64,000 nt of DNA from Ranitomeya imitator (taxonomy: Eukaryota). The notes under the pieces were generated by a model, which saw only the letters and a program-made list of their open reading frames with translations, did not search any database and was not told where the DNA came from. The position numbers and the translations under genes were made by a program. Shown here in pieces: positions 36,406-48,837 of the stretch. Position 1 is the first letter of the stretch, and each line of letters opens with the position of its first letter. The DNA is taken from NCBI RefSeq assembly GCF_032444005.1, contig NC_091283.1, forward strand, positions 510,322,001 through 510,386,000. The letters are read 5' to 3'.

Positions 36406-37669
36406 ATATATATATATATTATATATCTCCCTATACTATGTGTAGACATTTATTTTAGCTATTCTATTGTAAGCTGTCAGTGTGATTTTACTGTACACCG
36501 CACTGAATTGCCGGCTTTTGTCTCTGAGGCCGGCGTCACACTCGGCGTAAGACAATACGGTCCATATATTACGGCCGTAATACGCTGAAAAGTCCCCAAA
36601 ATAGTGGTCCGTAGCTCCTCCGTAGGCAAAGTGTATCATCATAATTGACGCCTCTCCATTATTAATCTGGCTTAATGTCACCTTACAATAGCAAGGTGGC
36701 ATTAACCCTTCATTACCCCATATCCCACCGCTACACGGGAATGGGAAGAGAGTGGCCAAGTGCCAGAATAGGCGCATCTTCCAGATGTGCCTTTTCTGGG
36801 GTGGCTGGGGGCAGGTGTTTTTAGCTGGGGGGGGGGGGGAGGGGGCAGTAATCATGGACCCTCTCCAGGCTATTAATATCTGCCCTCAGTCACTGGCTTT
36901 ACTACTCTGGCTGAGAAAATTGCGCGGGAGCCCACGCCAATTTTTTCCGCCATTTAACCCTTTATTTTAATAGCTAAATTTTGCATATACACACTACTAA
37001 CATTAGTAGTGTGGAATATGCAAAAAAAAGGTGATATGAGATGGTTTACTGTATGTAAACCATGTCTCATATCATGTCGGGTTTTAGGAAGGAGATAGCA
37101 AAAGCCGGTAATTGAATTACCGGCTTTAAAGCTATCTATCGCTGTATGAAGTAATAATATATATACATATATGTGTCTACTGATATATATATATATATAT
37201 ATATATATACAGTATATATGTTTTTGGTTTTTTTTACACATGGATCCCTTGTATAGCCGTGTGTTGGTTTTGCAAGCCTGCGAGAAAAACACGCAGTACG
37301 GATGACATACGGATTACATACGGAGGATGCCATGCGCAAAAAACGCTGACACACCCTGCCTACGGAGGAGATACGGACCACTATTTTGGGGACTTTTCAG
37401 TGTATTACGGCCGTAATATACGGACCGTATTGTCTTATGCTGAGTGTGACTCCAGTCTTAATGACAAACTTATTTTCAAAGTTTCATCAAGATCTTCTTA
37501 GGGATTCAGTGTTTATTTCAAATGTAAAGTTACTATATAGAAATGTATGGGTTTGCCTTGTTGAAAACGCAATTAAAGTTTAACCTCCGCTAATTTATTT
37601 TTAAATAGAGTGAAGTGGAAAGGAAAAATAGATTCAAAAAATTCAACTTTAGAAAAAAAAACTACTATA

Positions 37670-40600
37670 GGCATAGGTATGGCAGATTATGGCGCATAAA
37701 GACTGAATCCCTAAAAAGATCTTAATGAAACTTGGAAGATAACGTTGTTGTACTAATATGAACTAATTCCAATAAAAAAAATGGAGCTCAAAACCGTTTT
37801 TCCGTTTCCAACCATGATAACACACTAAACATAGGTATGGAAGATCAAGCAACGAAGAAGAAAGGAAAGGCGGCACTCACAGATCCATTCCGAGCGGTTT
37901 TTCCGTTTCCAACCATGATAACACATTAGGCATAGGTATGGCAGAATATGGCGCATACAGACTGAATCCCTAAAAAGATCCTAATGAAACTTGGAAGATA
38001 ACGTTGTTGTACTAATATGAACTTATTCCAATAAAAAAACGGAGCTCAAAACCGTTTTTCCGTTTCCACCCGTGATAACACACTAGGCATAGGTATGGAA
38101 GAATATGGCGCATAAAGACTGAATCCCAAAAAATATCTTAATGAAACTTGGAAGATAATGTTGTTGTACTGATATGAACATATTCCAATAAAAAAAAACG
38201 GAGCTCAAACCCGTTATTCCGTTTCTAACCGTGATAACATACTAGGCATAGGTATGGCAGAATATGGCGCATAAAGACTGAATCCCTAAAAAGATCCTAA
38301 TGAAACTTGGAAGATAACGTTGCTGTACTAATATGAACTAATTCCAATAAAAAAAACGGAGCTCAAAACCGTTTTCCCGTTTCCAACCATGATAACACAC
38401 TAGGCATAGGTATGGAAGAATATGGCGCTTAAAGACTGAATCCCTAAAAAGATCCTAATGAAACTTGGAAGATAACGTTGTTGTACTAATATGAACATAT
38501 TCCAATAAAAAAAACGGAGCTCAAACCCGTTATTCCGTTTCTAACTGTGATAACATACTAGGCATAGGTATGGCAGAATATGGCGCATAAAGACTGAATC
38601 CCTAAAAAGATCCTAATGAAACTTGGAAGATAACGTTGTTGTACTAATATGAACTAATTCCAATAAAAAAACGGAGCTCAAAACCGTTTTTTCCGTTTCC
38701 AACCATGATAACACTGGAGGCATAGGTATGGCAGAATATGGCGCATAAAGACTAAATCCCTAAAAAGATCTTAATGAAACTTGGAAGATAACGTTGTTGT
38801 ACTAATATGAACTAATTCCAATAAAAAAAACGGAGCTCAAAACCGTTTTTCCGTTTCCAACCATGATAACACACTAGGCAAAGGTATGGAAGAATATGGC
38901 GCTTAAAGACTGAATCCCTAAAAAGATTCTAATGAAACTTGGAAGATAACGTTGTACTAATATGAACTTATTCCAATAACAAAAATGGAGCTCAAAACCG
39001 TTTTTCCGTTTCCAACCATGATAACACACAAGGCATAGGTATGGCAGAATATGGCACATAAAGACTGAATCCCTAAAAAGATCCTAATGAACCTTGGAAG
39101 ATAACGTTGTTGTACTAATATGAACATATTCCAATAAAAAAAACGGAGCTTAAAATCGTTATTCCGTTTCCAACCGTGTTAACACACTAGGCATAGGTAT
39201 GGCAGAATATGGCGCATAAAGACTGAATCCCTAAAAAGATCCTAATGAAACTTGGAAGATAACGTTGTTGTACTAATATGAACTTATTCCAATAAAAAAA
39301 CGGAGCTCAAAATCGTTTTACCGTTTCCAACCATGATAACACACTAAACATAGGTATGGAAGATCAAGCAACGAAGAAGAAAGGAAAGGCGGCACTCACA
39401 GATCCATTCCGAGCGGTAACTTTATTGCTTAAAAAGCCATCACAGCCGGGGGTACTGAACAAACAGTGCGGCAAGCCTGACGACGGCCGTTTCACGCCCT
39501 CCTGGCGCTTCTACGGAGCTCAAAACCGTTTTTCCGTTTCCAACCATGATAACACACTAGGCATAGGTATGGCAGAATATGGCGCATAAAGACTGAATCC
39601 CTAAAAAGATCCTAATGAAACTTGGAAGATAACGTTGTTGTACTAATATGAACTAATTCCAATAAAAAAAACGGAGCTCAAAACCGTTTTTCCGTTTCCA
39701 ACCGTGATAACACACTAGGCATAGGTATGGCAGAATATGGCGCATAAAGACTGAATCCCTAAAAAGATCTTAATGAAACTTGGAAGATAACGTTGTTGTA
39801 CTAATATGAACTAATTCCAATAAAAAAAAACGGAGCTCAAAACCGTTATTCCGTTTCTAACTGTGATAACATACTAGGCATAGGTATGGCAGAATATGGC
39901 GCATAAAGACTGAATCCCTAAAAAGATCCTAATGAAACTTGGAAGATAACGTTGTTGTACTAATATGAACTAATTCCAATAAAAAAACGGAGCTCAAAAC
40001 CGTTTTTCCGTTTCCAACCATGATAACACTGGAGGCATAGGTATGGCAGAATATGGCGCATAAAGACTAAATCCCTAAAAAGATCTTAATGAAACTTGGA
40101 AGATAACGTTGTTGTACTAATATGAACTAATTCCAATAAAAAAAACGGAGCTCAAAACCGTTTTTCCGTTTCCAACCATGATAACACACTAGGCAAAGGT
40201 ATGGAAGAATATGGCGCTTAAAGACTGAATCCCTAAAAAGATCCTAATGAAACTTGGAAGATAACGTTGTTGTACTAATATGAACTTATTCCAATAAAAA
40301 AAACGGAGCTCAAAACCGTTTTTCCGTTTCCAACCATGATAACACACTAGACATAGGTATGGAAGAATATGGCGCATAAAGACTGAATCCCTAAAAAGAT
40401 TCTAATGAAACTTGGAGGATAACGTTGTACTAATATGAACTTATTCCAATAAAAAAAATGGAGCTCAAAACCGTTTTTCCGTTTCCAACCATGATAACAC
40501 ACTAGGCATAGGTATGGCAGAATATGGCACATAAAGACTGAATCCCTAAAAAGATCCTAATGAACCTTGGAAGATAACGTTGTTGTACTAATATGAACAT

Positions 40601-41165
40601 ATTCCAATAAAAAAAACGGAGCTTAAAATCGTTATTCTGTTTCCAACCGTGTTAACACACTAGGCATAGGTATGGCAGAATATGGCGCATAAAGACTGAA
40701 TCCCTAAAAAGATCCTAATGAAACTTGGAAGATAACGTTGTTGTACTAATATGAACTTATTCCAATAAAAAAACGGAGCTCAAAACCGTTTTACCGTTTC
40801 CAACCATGATAACACACTAAACATGGGTATGGAAGATCAAGCAACGAAGAAGAAAGGAAAGGCGGCACTCACAGATCCATTCCGAGCGGTAACTTTATTG
40901 CTTAAAAAGCCATCACAGCCGGGGGTAATGAACAAACAGTGCGGCAAGCCTGACGACGGCCGTTTCACGCCCTCCTGGCGCTTCTACGGAGCTCAAAACC
41001 GTTTTTCCGTTTCCAACCATGATAACACACTAGGCATAGGTATGGCAGAATATGGCGCATAAAGACTGAATCCCTAAAAAGATCCTAATGAAACTTGGAA
41101 GATAACGTTGTTGTACTAATATGAACTAATTCCAATAAAAAAAACGGAGCTCAAAACTGTTATTC
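37670..41165 (+). repeat. About 158-bp satellite array (about 22 units) with a 1473-bp higher-order repeat
   Basis: GAAACTTGGAAGATAA recurs at 37986, 38143, 38302, 38460, 38618; variant units with a foreign insert at 37845, 39364, 40837. Confidence 0.95.
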
Positions 41166-41166
41166 G

Positions 41167-41553
41167 TAACACTCAGCGACGCTGCAGCGATATAGACAAC
41201 GATCCGACCTAAACTAGATCGCAGGAGCGTCGCTGTTTAGGTCGCTGTAGAGACGTCAAACACAGCAACTCCAGAATGATGCAGGAGCGATCCAGTGACG
41301 TAACGGCGACTCACTTATCGTTCTCGCTCCATGTAAAAACGTTGCTGGCATCGTTGCTTTTGATGTCAAACATGACGATACACGCCGACCTGACGACCAA
41401 ATAAAGTTCTGGCCTTCTAGCTCCGACCAGCGATGGCACAGCGGGATCCAGATCGCTGCTGCGTGTCAAACACAACGAGATCGCTATCCAGGACGCTGCA
41501 ACGTCACGGATCGTTGTCGTTCTCGTTGCAAAGTTGCTGAGTGTGACAGTACC
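41167..41553. mobile_element. Harbinger-type MITE, left end truncated
   Basis: Right end GTTGCTGAGTGTGACAGTACC; left CACTCAGCGACGCTGCA abuts the satellite end. Confidence 0.65.
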
Positions 41554-41663
41554 TTTAAGATATGCCCCAGCTAGCATGTCCACTTACTCTGCATTCTGTG
41601 GTTGCTAGGGTACTGGATGTGTGAGAGGAGGGTTTATAAACTATCTCAAGGTAGACAATATTA

Positions 41664-41963
41664 GGCTAGGTTCACATTGCGTTACGGCAATCCATTTAGC
41701 GCTAAGCGCTAGCGGATTGCGCTAATGCAATGTCTTTTTAGGGGTCGCGTTAAACGTCCCTGCTAGCGCTAGCTGCAAGCAGCGTCCGAGGCACGCCACA
41801 AAAGAACGGCACATCGCTAGCGCGTGCCGAAAATGGCACGCGCTAGCAATGCGCTTTAACATTGCTGGCAATGGGAGCGCTACCGGACGCGTTGCACGGC
41901 GTTAATTTCGCCGTGCAACGCTGTCTGTTAGCGCTCACCCGAAAACGAAATGAGAACCTAGCC
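41664..41963. mobile_element. Harbinger-type MITE with the same 5' TIR as the element at 57178
   Basis: TTA|GGCTAGGTTCACATTGCG...TGAGAACCTAGCC|TTA. Confidence 0.88.
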
Positions 41964-43782
41964 TTAATATTATCTCACTCAAAACATCCCCCTCCCTCTC
42001 TCAGTTCAGGTACACAGAGAAGGGAGTTGTAAGGCTATGTGCACACGTTCAGTAAAAACGTGAAAAAAACGCTTACATATGGTTCCCAATCATTTCAATG
42101 TAATCCGCAAAACGTGCAAATGTTGCGATTTTTTTCCGCAAAAAAAAAAACCATGTTCATTAATTTTGCGGAATCGCTGATTTCCCACACACTGTAAAAA
42201 ATCTACCATTGGTATAGACAAATATGACTAAAAAAATTTACCATAGGCATAGGTAAAATCTACCATAGGCATAGGTATAGACAAATATATAAAAAAAAAC
42301 CATGTTCATTAATTTTGCGGAATCGCTGATTTCCCGCACACTGTAAAAAATCTACCATTGGTATAGACAAATATGACTAAAAAAATTTACCATAGGCATA
42401 GGTAAAATCTACCATAGGCATAGGTATAGACAAATATGTCACATAGGGTTTTAGTATTTTCCAGCTGACAGTGTGAGGGGAGACAGATGGAGCTGCTCCT
42501 CCAACAGCACAGCTCAGTCACAGTGGAGCTCACAGTCAGGTACACTCCATTGTAGGCTGAAGCAAGATGGCGCCGATCTCCTGCCTCTGCTGTGATGTGG
42601 AGACAGCCCAGGGGGCGTGGCCACATCAGAGCAGAGAGCAGACAATGCTAGCTATGGGGTCGCCTCCCGACTACAGATGTCTATGTCCAGGGCTGCCGTA
42701 TGTGAAGACTGTAAGTGTCGTGCAGCTACACTTACAGTCCTGCAAATGAAAATGGCGGCGCCCAGTGGCAGAAAAAAAAATGAATAAAAAAAAAACAATA
42801 AATACTATGCACTTGAAAATAACTTATAAAAATAAGCAATTAAAGAGGTTTTTTTTTTTTTACAATATTAAAACGCGGCACCTTCCCTTTAATGTCACTG
42901 GGTAACTTTTTTTGCACTGTTTTTGCACTTTACCTACGCCTTGTAATTTTTCCTGCCTTAGTATTTTTTCTTTGCCATAGGCTTATTTGTCCGCACCTTT
43001 TTTCCTATAACAGGGTGTATTAGGGACAGACAACTAGAGCAGGGGCGCCATTTGCGCAGGATTATAGGGTGCCAACCCCCGCAGGCAGGTAGGACGCATC
43101 TAGGTATAGTACAGGGGTATAGGCTGAATTGCCTCAGTATAGGCCAAAATAAACGTGCAATACATAATATAAGTGTGTTACATCGTTATATATTTCAAAA
43201 ACACACTTTTGCACAGGCCTTAATGTATATCCCATTTTCAATATTGATTACATGTGCAACATATTACAAAAAGTGTGCAACATTGTTACTTTTTCCATTT
43301 AGCACACTTTTGCACAATTTATGGAATCTTTGTTCTAGTGACATTTGTTTGTCTGTCTGAAATGTATGGTCTGCTGTTTGTTGTTTTTTCTATTTTCCGC
43401 ACGATAGGGCCTATTAGGGACAGTTAGGGCTAGCCTACGTTGAGCATGGGCGCCATTGGGCAGGTTTATAGGGTGCCAACCTCTGCTGCAAGGTAGGGCA
43501 CAGATAGTTGGCCCTTTAGGGATTTAGTGCACCCTGTATCTTTGTTTGCAGCCATACGTGTTTTAGGTCGTGTATGTTGTATTGTTTTGTTTTAGTAATA
43601 ACAAGTAAATGTTAAGTTTTATTGTGGTCATTTACTTTATCGTGTAATAGTGTCATTTGTCGGTGAGCATCTGACACCAACCACTATATGTATCTTTTAA
43701 AAAGAACTAAATAACTCAACAAAGTAATGTACCAGCCTGGAAGATTTGCAAACAGAATATTTAATTCAGTGATAACTAGGAT

Positions 43783-43785
<3 letters not shown>

Positions 43786-43836
<51 letters not shown>
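43786..43836. repeat. (TA)n microsatellite
   Basis: About 25 TA units. Confidence 0.95.
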
Positions 43837-43844
<8 letters not shown>

Positions 43845-44167
43845 CAATCATATAGAAAAGAAAAAAAAAGTTGTGTCCCAAACCAATTTTTTTCTTTTCA
43901 ACAAGGTTAAACATTTTTTTAATCACTTAAATATAAAAAAAAATTACACACATTTTGTTGAACTGACCTAAAGAAAATTAACAGGTCATTTTAATTGCTA
44001 AATTAAGTTATTACTGTTGGAAGTTGGAGCAAAAAGAAAATGAAAGAGCAATGCCAAAAATGTGTCCTGGAAAGGGTTACACAAATTTAAAGTACATAAA
44101 ACAAGGATATATATAATGGAAACTTTTCGAAGAGTATCTGACACAAATCGCTATATGTATATTTTAA

Positions 44168-44484
44168 AGGGAACCTGTCACCTGAATTTGGCGGGACTGG
44201 TTTTGGGTCATATGGGCGGAGTTTTGGGGTGTTTGATTCACCCTTTCCTTACCCGCTGGCTGCAATATTGGATTGAAGTTCATTCTCTGTCCTCCATAGT
44301 ACACGCCTGCACAAGGCAAGATTGCTTTGCGCAGGCGTGTACTATGGAGGACAGAGAATGAACTTCAATCCAATCTGGCAGCCAGCATGCAGCCAGCGGG
44401 TAAGGAAAGGGTGAATCAAACACCCGAAAACTCCGCCCATATGACCCAAAACCAATCCCGCCAAATTCAGGTGACAGAGTCCCT
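44168..44484. mobile_element. Palindromic T2/Kolobok-type MITE (half copy also at about 26590-26750)
   Basis: TTAA|AGGGAACCTGTCACC...GGTGACAGAGTCCCT|TTAA; near-perfect hairpin. Confidence 0.88.
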
Positions 44485-44648
44485 TTAAAAAGATCTAAAT
44501 AACCCACCAATGTAACATACCAGGCTGGAAGTAAAAAAAAAAAAAAAGTGCACCTTATCAGCAAAAAGCCTGCAGCTAAACAATGAGCTTCCTTCAGATT
44601 TCCCAATTCTATCCTGTACAAGTTTCCCAATGTATAGACATTCTTAAA

Positions 44649-45370
44649 GGGAACCTATCACCCCGTTATTTCAAGATGAGCTAAAAATAGCGTTAAATAG
44701 GGGCAGAGCTGTGCTTTACATTAGTGTATTTTGTGAGCTTTTATTCCCCACCTATGCTCCCGAAATACCTTTGTAAAGCCGCCGTTTTGGGCTGTCACTC
44801 ACGCTGGTCTGGTCAGGTGGGCGTGGTGACAGCGCTGTTTCTCCCCCAGATCTCGGTTAGTGGCGTAGTGGTGTGCGCATGTCCAACTGGCGAATCCACT
44901 GCGCAGCTTGAAGGAAAAGAGCGCGATCTGCGCTATTCAGCCGTTTATCGATGGGCGCGGCCATCTTCTTGAGGCCGCGCATGCGCAGATGGTTCTTCTC
45001 GGCTTCCCGGGGCTTCAGGAAAATGGCTGCGGGATGCCGCGCGTGCGCAGATGGCAATCTCGGCGGCCATTTTCCATATGTATATGCCCCCCCAGCCTAA
45101 AAATAGCAGCCAGCAGCTGCCCAGAAAAGTCGCATCTATTAGATGCACCAATTCTGGCGCTTTGTCTGGTTCTTCCCACTAGCCCTGTAGTGGAGGCAAG
45201 CGGGGTAATAAGGGGCTAATGTCACCTTGCTATTGTAAGGTGACATTAAGCCGGCTTAGTAATGGAGAGGCGTCAATAAGACACCTATCCATTAATAATC
45301 CTCTAGTAATTAAAGGGCTAAATAAACACACGCACACACACATATGCAGAAAAAAAGTCTTAATTTTTTT
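44649..45370. mobile_element. T2/Kolobok-type MITE, right end not found
   Basis: TTAA|AGGGAACCTATCACC start; GC-rich internal palindromes. Confidence 0.6.
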
Positions 45371-45374
45371 TTGA

Positions 45375-47534
45375 CAAGGCCATTTTTTTCAATTCTGACC
45401 ACTGTCACTTTATGAGGTCATAACTCTGAAACGCTTTAACAGATCCTGGTGATTCTGAGACTGTTTTCTCGTGACATTGTACTTTATGATAGTGGTAAAA
45501 AAAATTTCGATTTGACTTGCGTTTATTTGTGAAAAAAATGAAATTTGGCGAAAATTTTTAAAATTTAGCAATTCTTAAACTTTTAGTTTTTATGCCCTTA
45601 AGTTAGAGAGTTATATCATACAAAACAGTTAATAAATAACATTACCCACATGTCTGCTTTACATTAGCACAATTTTGGAAATATAATTTTTTTGTTAGGA
45701 AGTTATAAGGGTTAAAAATTGACTAGCGATTTCTCATTTTTACAACAAAATTTGCAAAACCATTTTTTTTTAGGGACCACGTCACACTTAAAATGACTTT
45801 GAGGGGTTTATATGACAGAAAATGCCCAAAAGTGACACCATTGTAAAACCCCCTCAAGGTACTCAAAACCACATTCAAAAAATGTATTAACCCTTCAGGT
45901 GCTTCACAGGAATTTTTAGAATGTTTAAAAAAAATTGAACATTTAACTTTTTTTCACAAAATTTTTATTTCAGATCCAATTTGTTTTATTTTACCAAGGG
46001 TAACAGGAGAAATTGGACCACAAAAGTCGTTGTACAATTTGTCCTGAGTACGCCGATACCCCATATGTGGGGGTAAACCACTGTTTGGGCGCATGGCAGA
46101 GCTCAGAAGGGAAGGAGCACTGTTTCAGTTTTTCAACGCAGAATTGGATGGAATTGAGATCGGACGCCATGTCGAGTTTGGAGAGCCCCTGATGTGCCTA
46201 AACAGTGGAAACCCCCCAATTCTAACTGAAAACCTAACCCAAACACACCCCTAACCCTAATCCCAACCATAACCCTAACCACACCCCTAACCCTAAACCC
46301 AACCGTAAATGTAATCCAAACTTTAGCCCCAACCCTAACCACAAGGGTCGAGTTGACTTTTTTATTGGTACCATTTTTGGGCACATGACATTTTTTGATC
46401 GCTTTTTATTCCGATTTTTGGGAGGTAGAATGAACAAAAACCAGCAATTCCTGAATTTCTTTTAGTGGGAGCGCTTATACTGTTCCACGTGTGGTAAAAT
46501 TGATAAAGCAGCTTTATTCTTCAGGTCAGTACGATTATAGCGATACCTCGTTTATATCTTTTCTTTATGTTTTGGCGCTTTTACACAAAAACTATTTTAT
46601 ATGAAAAATTATTGTTTTTGCATCGCTTTATTCTGAGAGCTATAACTTTTATTTTTCTGCTGATGATGCTGTATGGCAGCTTTTTCTTGCAGGACAAGAT
46701 GACGTTTTCAGCGGTACCATGTTTATTTATATCCGTCTTTTTGATCGCGTGTTATTCAACTTTTTGTTCGCCAGTATGATAATAATGTGTTTTTTGCCTT
46801 GTTTTTTTTTTTTTTTTTTGCGGTGTTTACTGAAGGGGTTAACTAATGGGATAGTTTTGTAGAGTGGGTCGTTACGGACGCGGCGATACCAAATATGTGT
46901 ACTTTTACTGTTTGTTTTTTTTTATGTACATAAATAAATGGATTTATTGGGATTTTTTTTTTCTTTGTTTGGGGATTTTTTCTTCTATACATTCTTTTTT
47001 TTTTTTTTTACTTTCAAACATTGTCCCAGGGTGGGACATCACTATATTAGATCAGATCGCTGATCTGACACTTTGCATAGCACTGTGTCGGATCAGCGAT
47101 CTGACAGGCAGTGCAGGAGGCTTTCCGGCGCCTGCTCTGAGCAGGCGCCGGCAAGCCACCCCACTTCAGGACCCGGAAGGAGCCCCGTGGCCATTTTGGA
47201 TCCAGGGACTCCTTCCAGAACACCGGAACAAACGTGATCGTATCGCGTTGTTCCGGTGGGAGAGCGCAGGGAGCCCCTGACCCTGCGCGATGCCCCTCTA
47301 TGTCGCACTCACTACTGAAGGTGGCATCAGAGGGGTTAAATGCACACAATCAGCACTAGCGCCGATCGTGGGCTTTGCTGCGGGGTATCAGCTGTCATAT
47401 ACAGCGGACACCCGCACGCGGTCGCCGCGGCACTCAGCGTGAGGGCGTGCGATCGTGCCGCCGTACTAGTACTGCGGTTTGTGGGAACTCAGTTCCTGCA
47501 GAGCAGTATTAGTATGGCGCATGTCAGGAAGGGG
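45375..47534. mobile_element. Non-autonomous piggyBac-like element (left end missing)
   Basis: Right end GTCAGGAAGGGG|TTAG; internal AGGGGTTAA motifs; no ORF; superfamily inferred from end motif only. Confidence 0.5.
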
Positions 47535-48837
47535 TTAGTGAAATACAACACCACACAGTTTTGACCATCTTTTTATTGTTCTGCCATTCCAAAGCGAAGC
47601 CATTGATCTGAAACAAAAATAAAATAAAAAAGCAAAAGTATACTCCCTGATCCGTCGTAGTCCGATATATCGAGTGTCCCATGCAGTATCTGTTGGAGAT
47701 AAAGCTTGCAACCGGGAACGCTGCTAATGCGACAACTCCCGGCTGTAAGTGACTGGGGAATGAATGAGACGGAGCGGACGCCGGGGAAAAGGATGCCACA
47801 GGTAATGTATCTATTCTATCTTTTCTATCAATCTACAGTATCTATTCTATCAATCTATCTATTCATTCTATCTATTCTATCAAGGAAGTTGTTTTTTTTT
47901 TCTCTGTGTGCACTCAACTTTATTGGCATGCACAAAGAGAAAAAAACGCATGAACAAATGCACCAAAAACGCGGCAAAAACCCCGCAAAAACGCACCTAA
48001 ACGTGCGTTTTTGGCGCTGCTTCTTTCCTGCCAAGATGATCAGGTTTTGCTGCAGGAAAAAAAAAACGCAGCAAAAACGCCCTGTGTGAACTTACCCTTA
48101 ATGAGATTCTCGTGTTCCTGGGCAGGGCTGTGGGGGAGTCTTTATGTGGTGCTCTGCTTAGATATTCATACTGATGGCTTATGACAGGTTACTGATCCCG
48201 AAGTGACCTGCCCTCTATTTTGCTTACTGAATAAAATATGTTTTGGGAAAAAAAAAATCACATTCAGCAGGCAGGCGCCTGTGCTGTAGCATGATCGCAT
48301 CTATAAACGTCCATTTAATTATTGTATTTGGTGATATAAATTCATTCAGAAAAAAAATTCTCTCTCAAAATGGTGCCAGCTGCACCTGCGCAATAGCATC
48401 TATCAGCGATCCAATACATGCTATTGTGCAAGCTTGGCCAGCGCCAATTTGAGAGAATTTCTTTTTTCCGAATTTATATCACCAAATACAATAATTAAAT
48501 GGACATTATAGATGAAATCATGCTACAGCAAAAGTACCGCCACCTGCCTGCTGAATGTGAATTTTTTTTTCAAAACATATTATATTCAGTATGCAAAATA
48601 TGGGAAGGTCACTGCGGGATCAGTGACCTGTCATAAGCTATCAGTATGAATATCTCAGCAGAGCACCACATAAATACCCCCCCCCCCCATACACGCACGA
48701 GAATCTCATTAACTGAAAACAGAAAATAAAGATTAAACAGCAATCACAAGAAGGATTTCATCAATCAAGGTATCATTTTAATCAGCATAACGGCACCAAA
48801 CTGACACTAAGTTACTCAGCACAATCCTGCTGACAGG

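Larger units (their letters stand above)
25462..37457. mobile_element. Harbinger-type MITE composite at the centre of the foldback (hosts the Gypsy insertion)
   Basis: TTA|GGCCGGCATCACACT at 25462; AGTGTGACTCCAGTC|TTA at 37457; inner inverted pair 25735-25805 / 36435-36525; second left end GGCCGGCGTCACACT at 36528. Confidence 0.6.
24446..42454. mobile_element. 18-kb foldback-like element of unassigned superfamily with satellite-containing inverted arms
   Basis: TA|CTAAAACCCTATGTG...CACATAGGGTTTTAG|TA; 25060-25315 is a near-perfect reverse complement of about 37458-37700; the same 158-bp unit occurs in both arms in opposite orientation. Confidence 0.75.
20829..42888. mobile_element. T2/Kolobok-type element expanded to 22 kb by nested insertions
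   Basis: TTAA|AGGGAAGGTGCC at 20829 and GGCACCTTCCCT|TTAA at 42888; perfect 12-bp TIR pair. Confidence 0.7.

Noticed and set aside
37670-41165. CRISPR-like appearance (repeats with occasional inserts)
   Set aside because: Monomers are contiguous 158-bp units, the inserts are identical to each other rather than unique spacers, there are no cas genes, and the context is eukaryotic.
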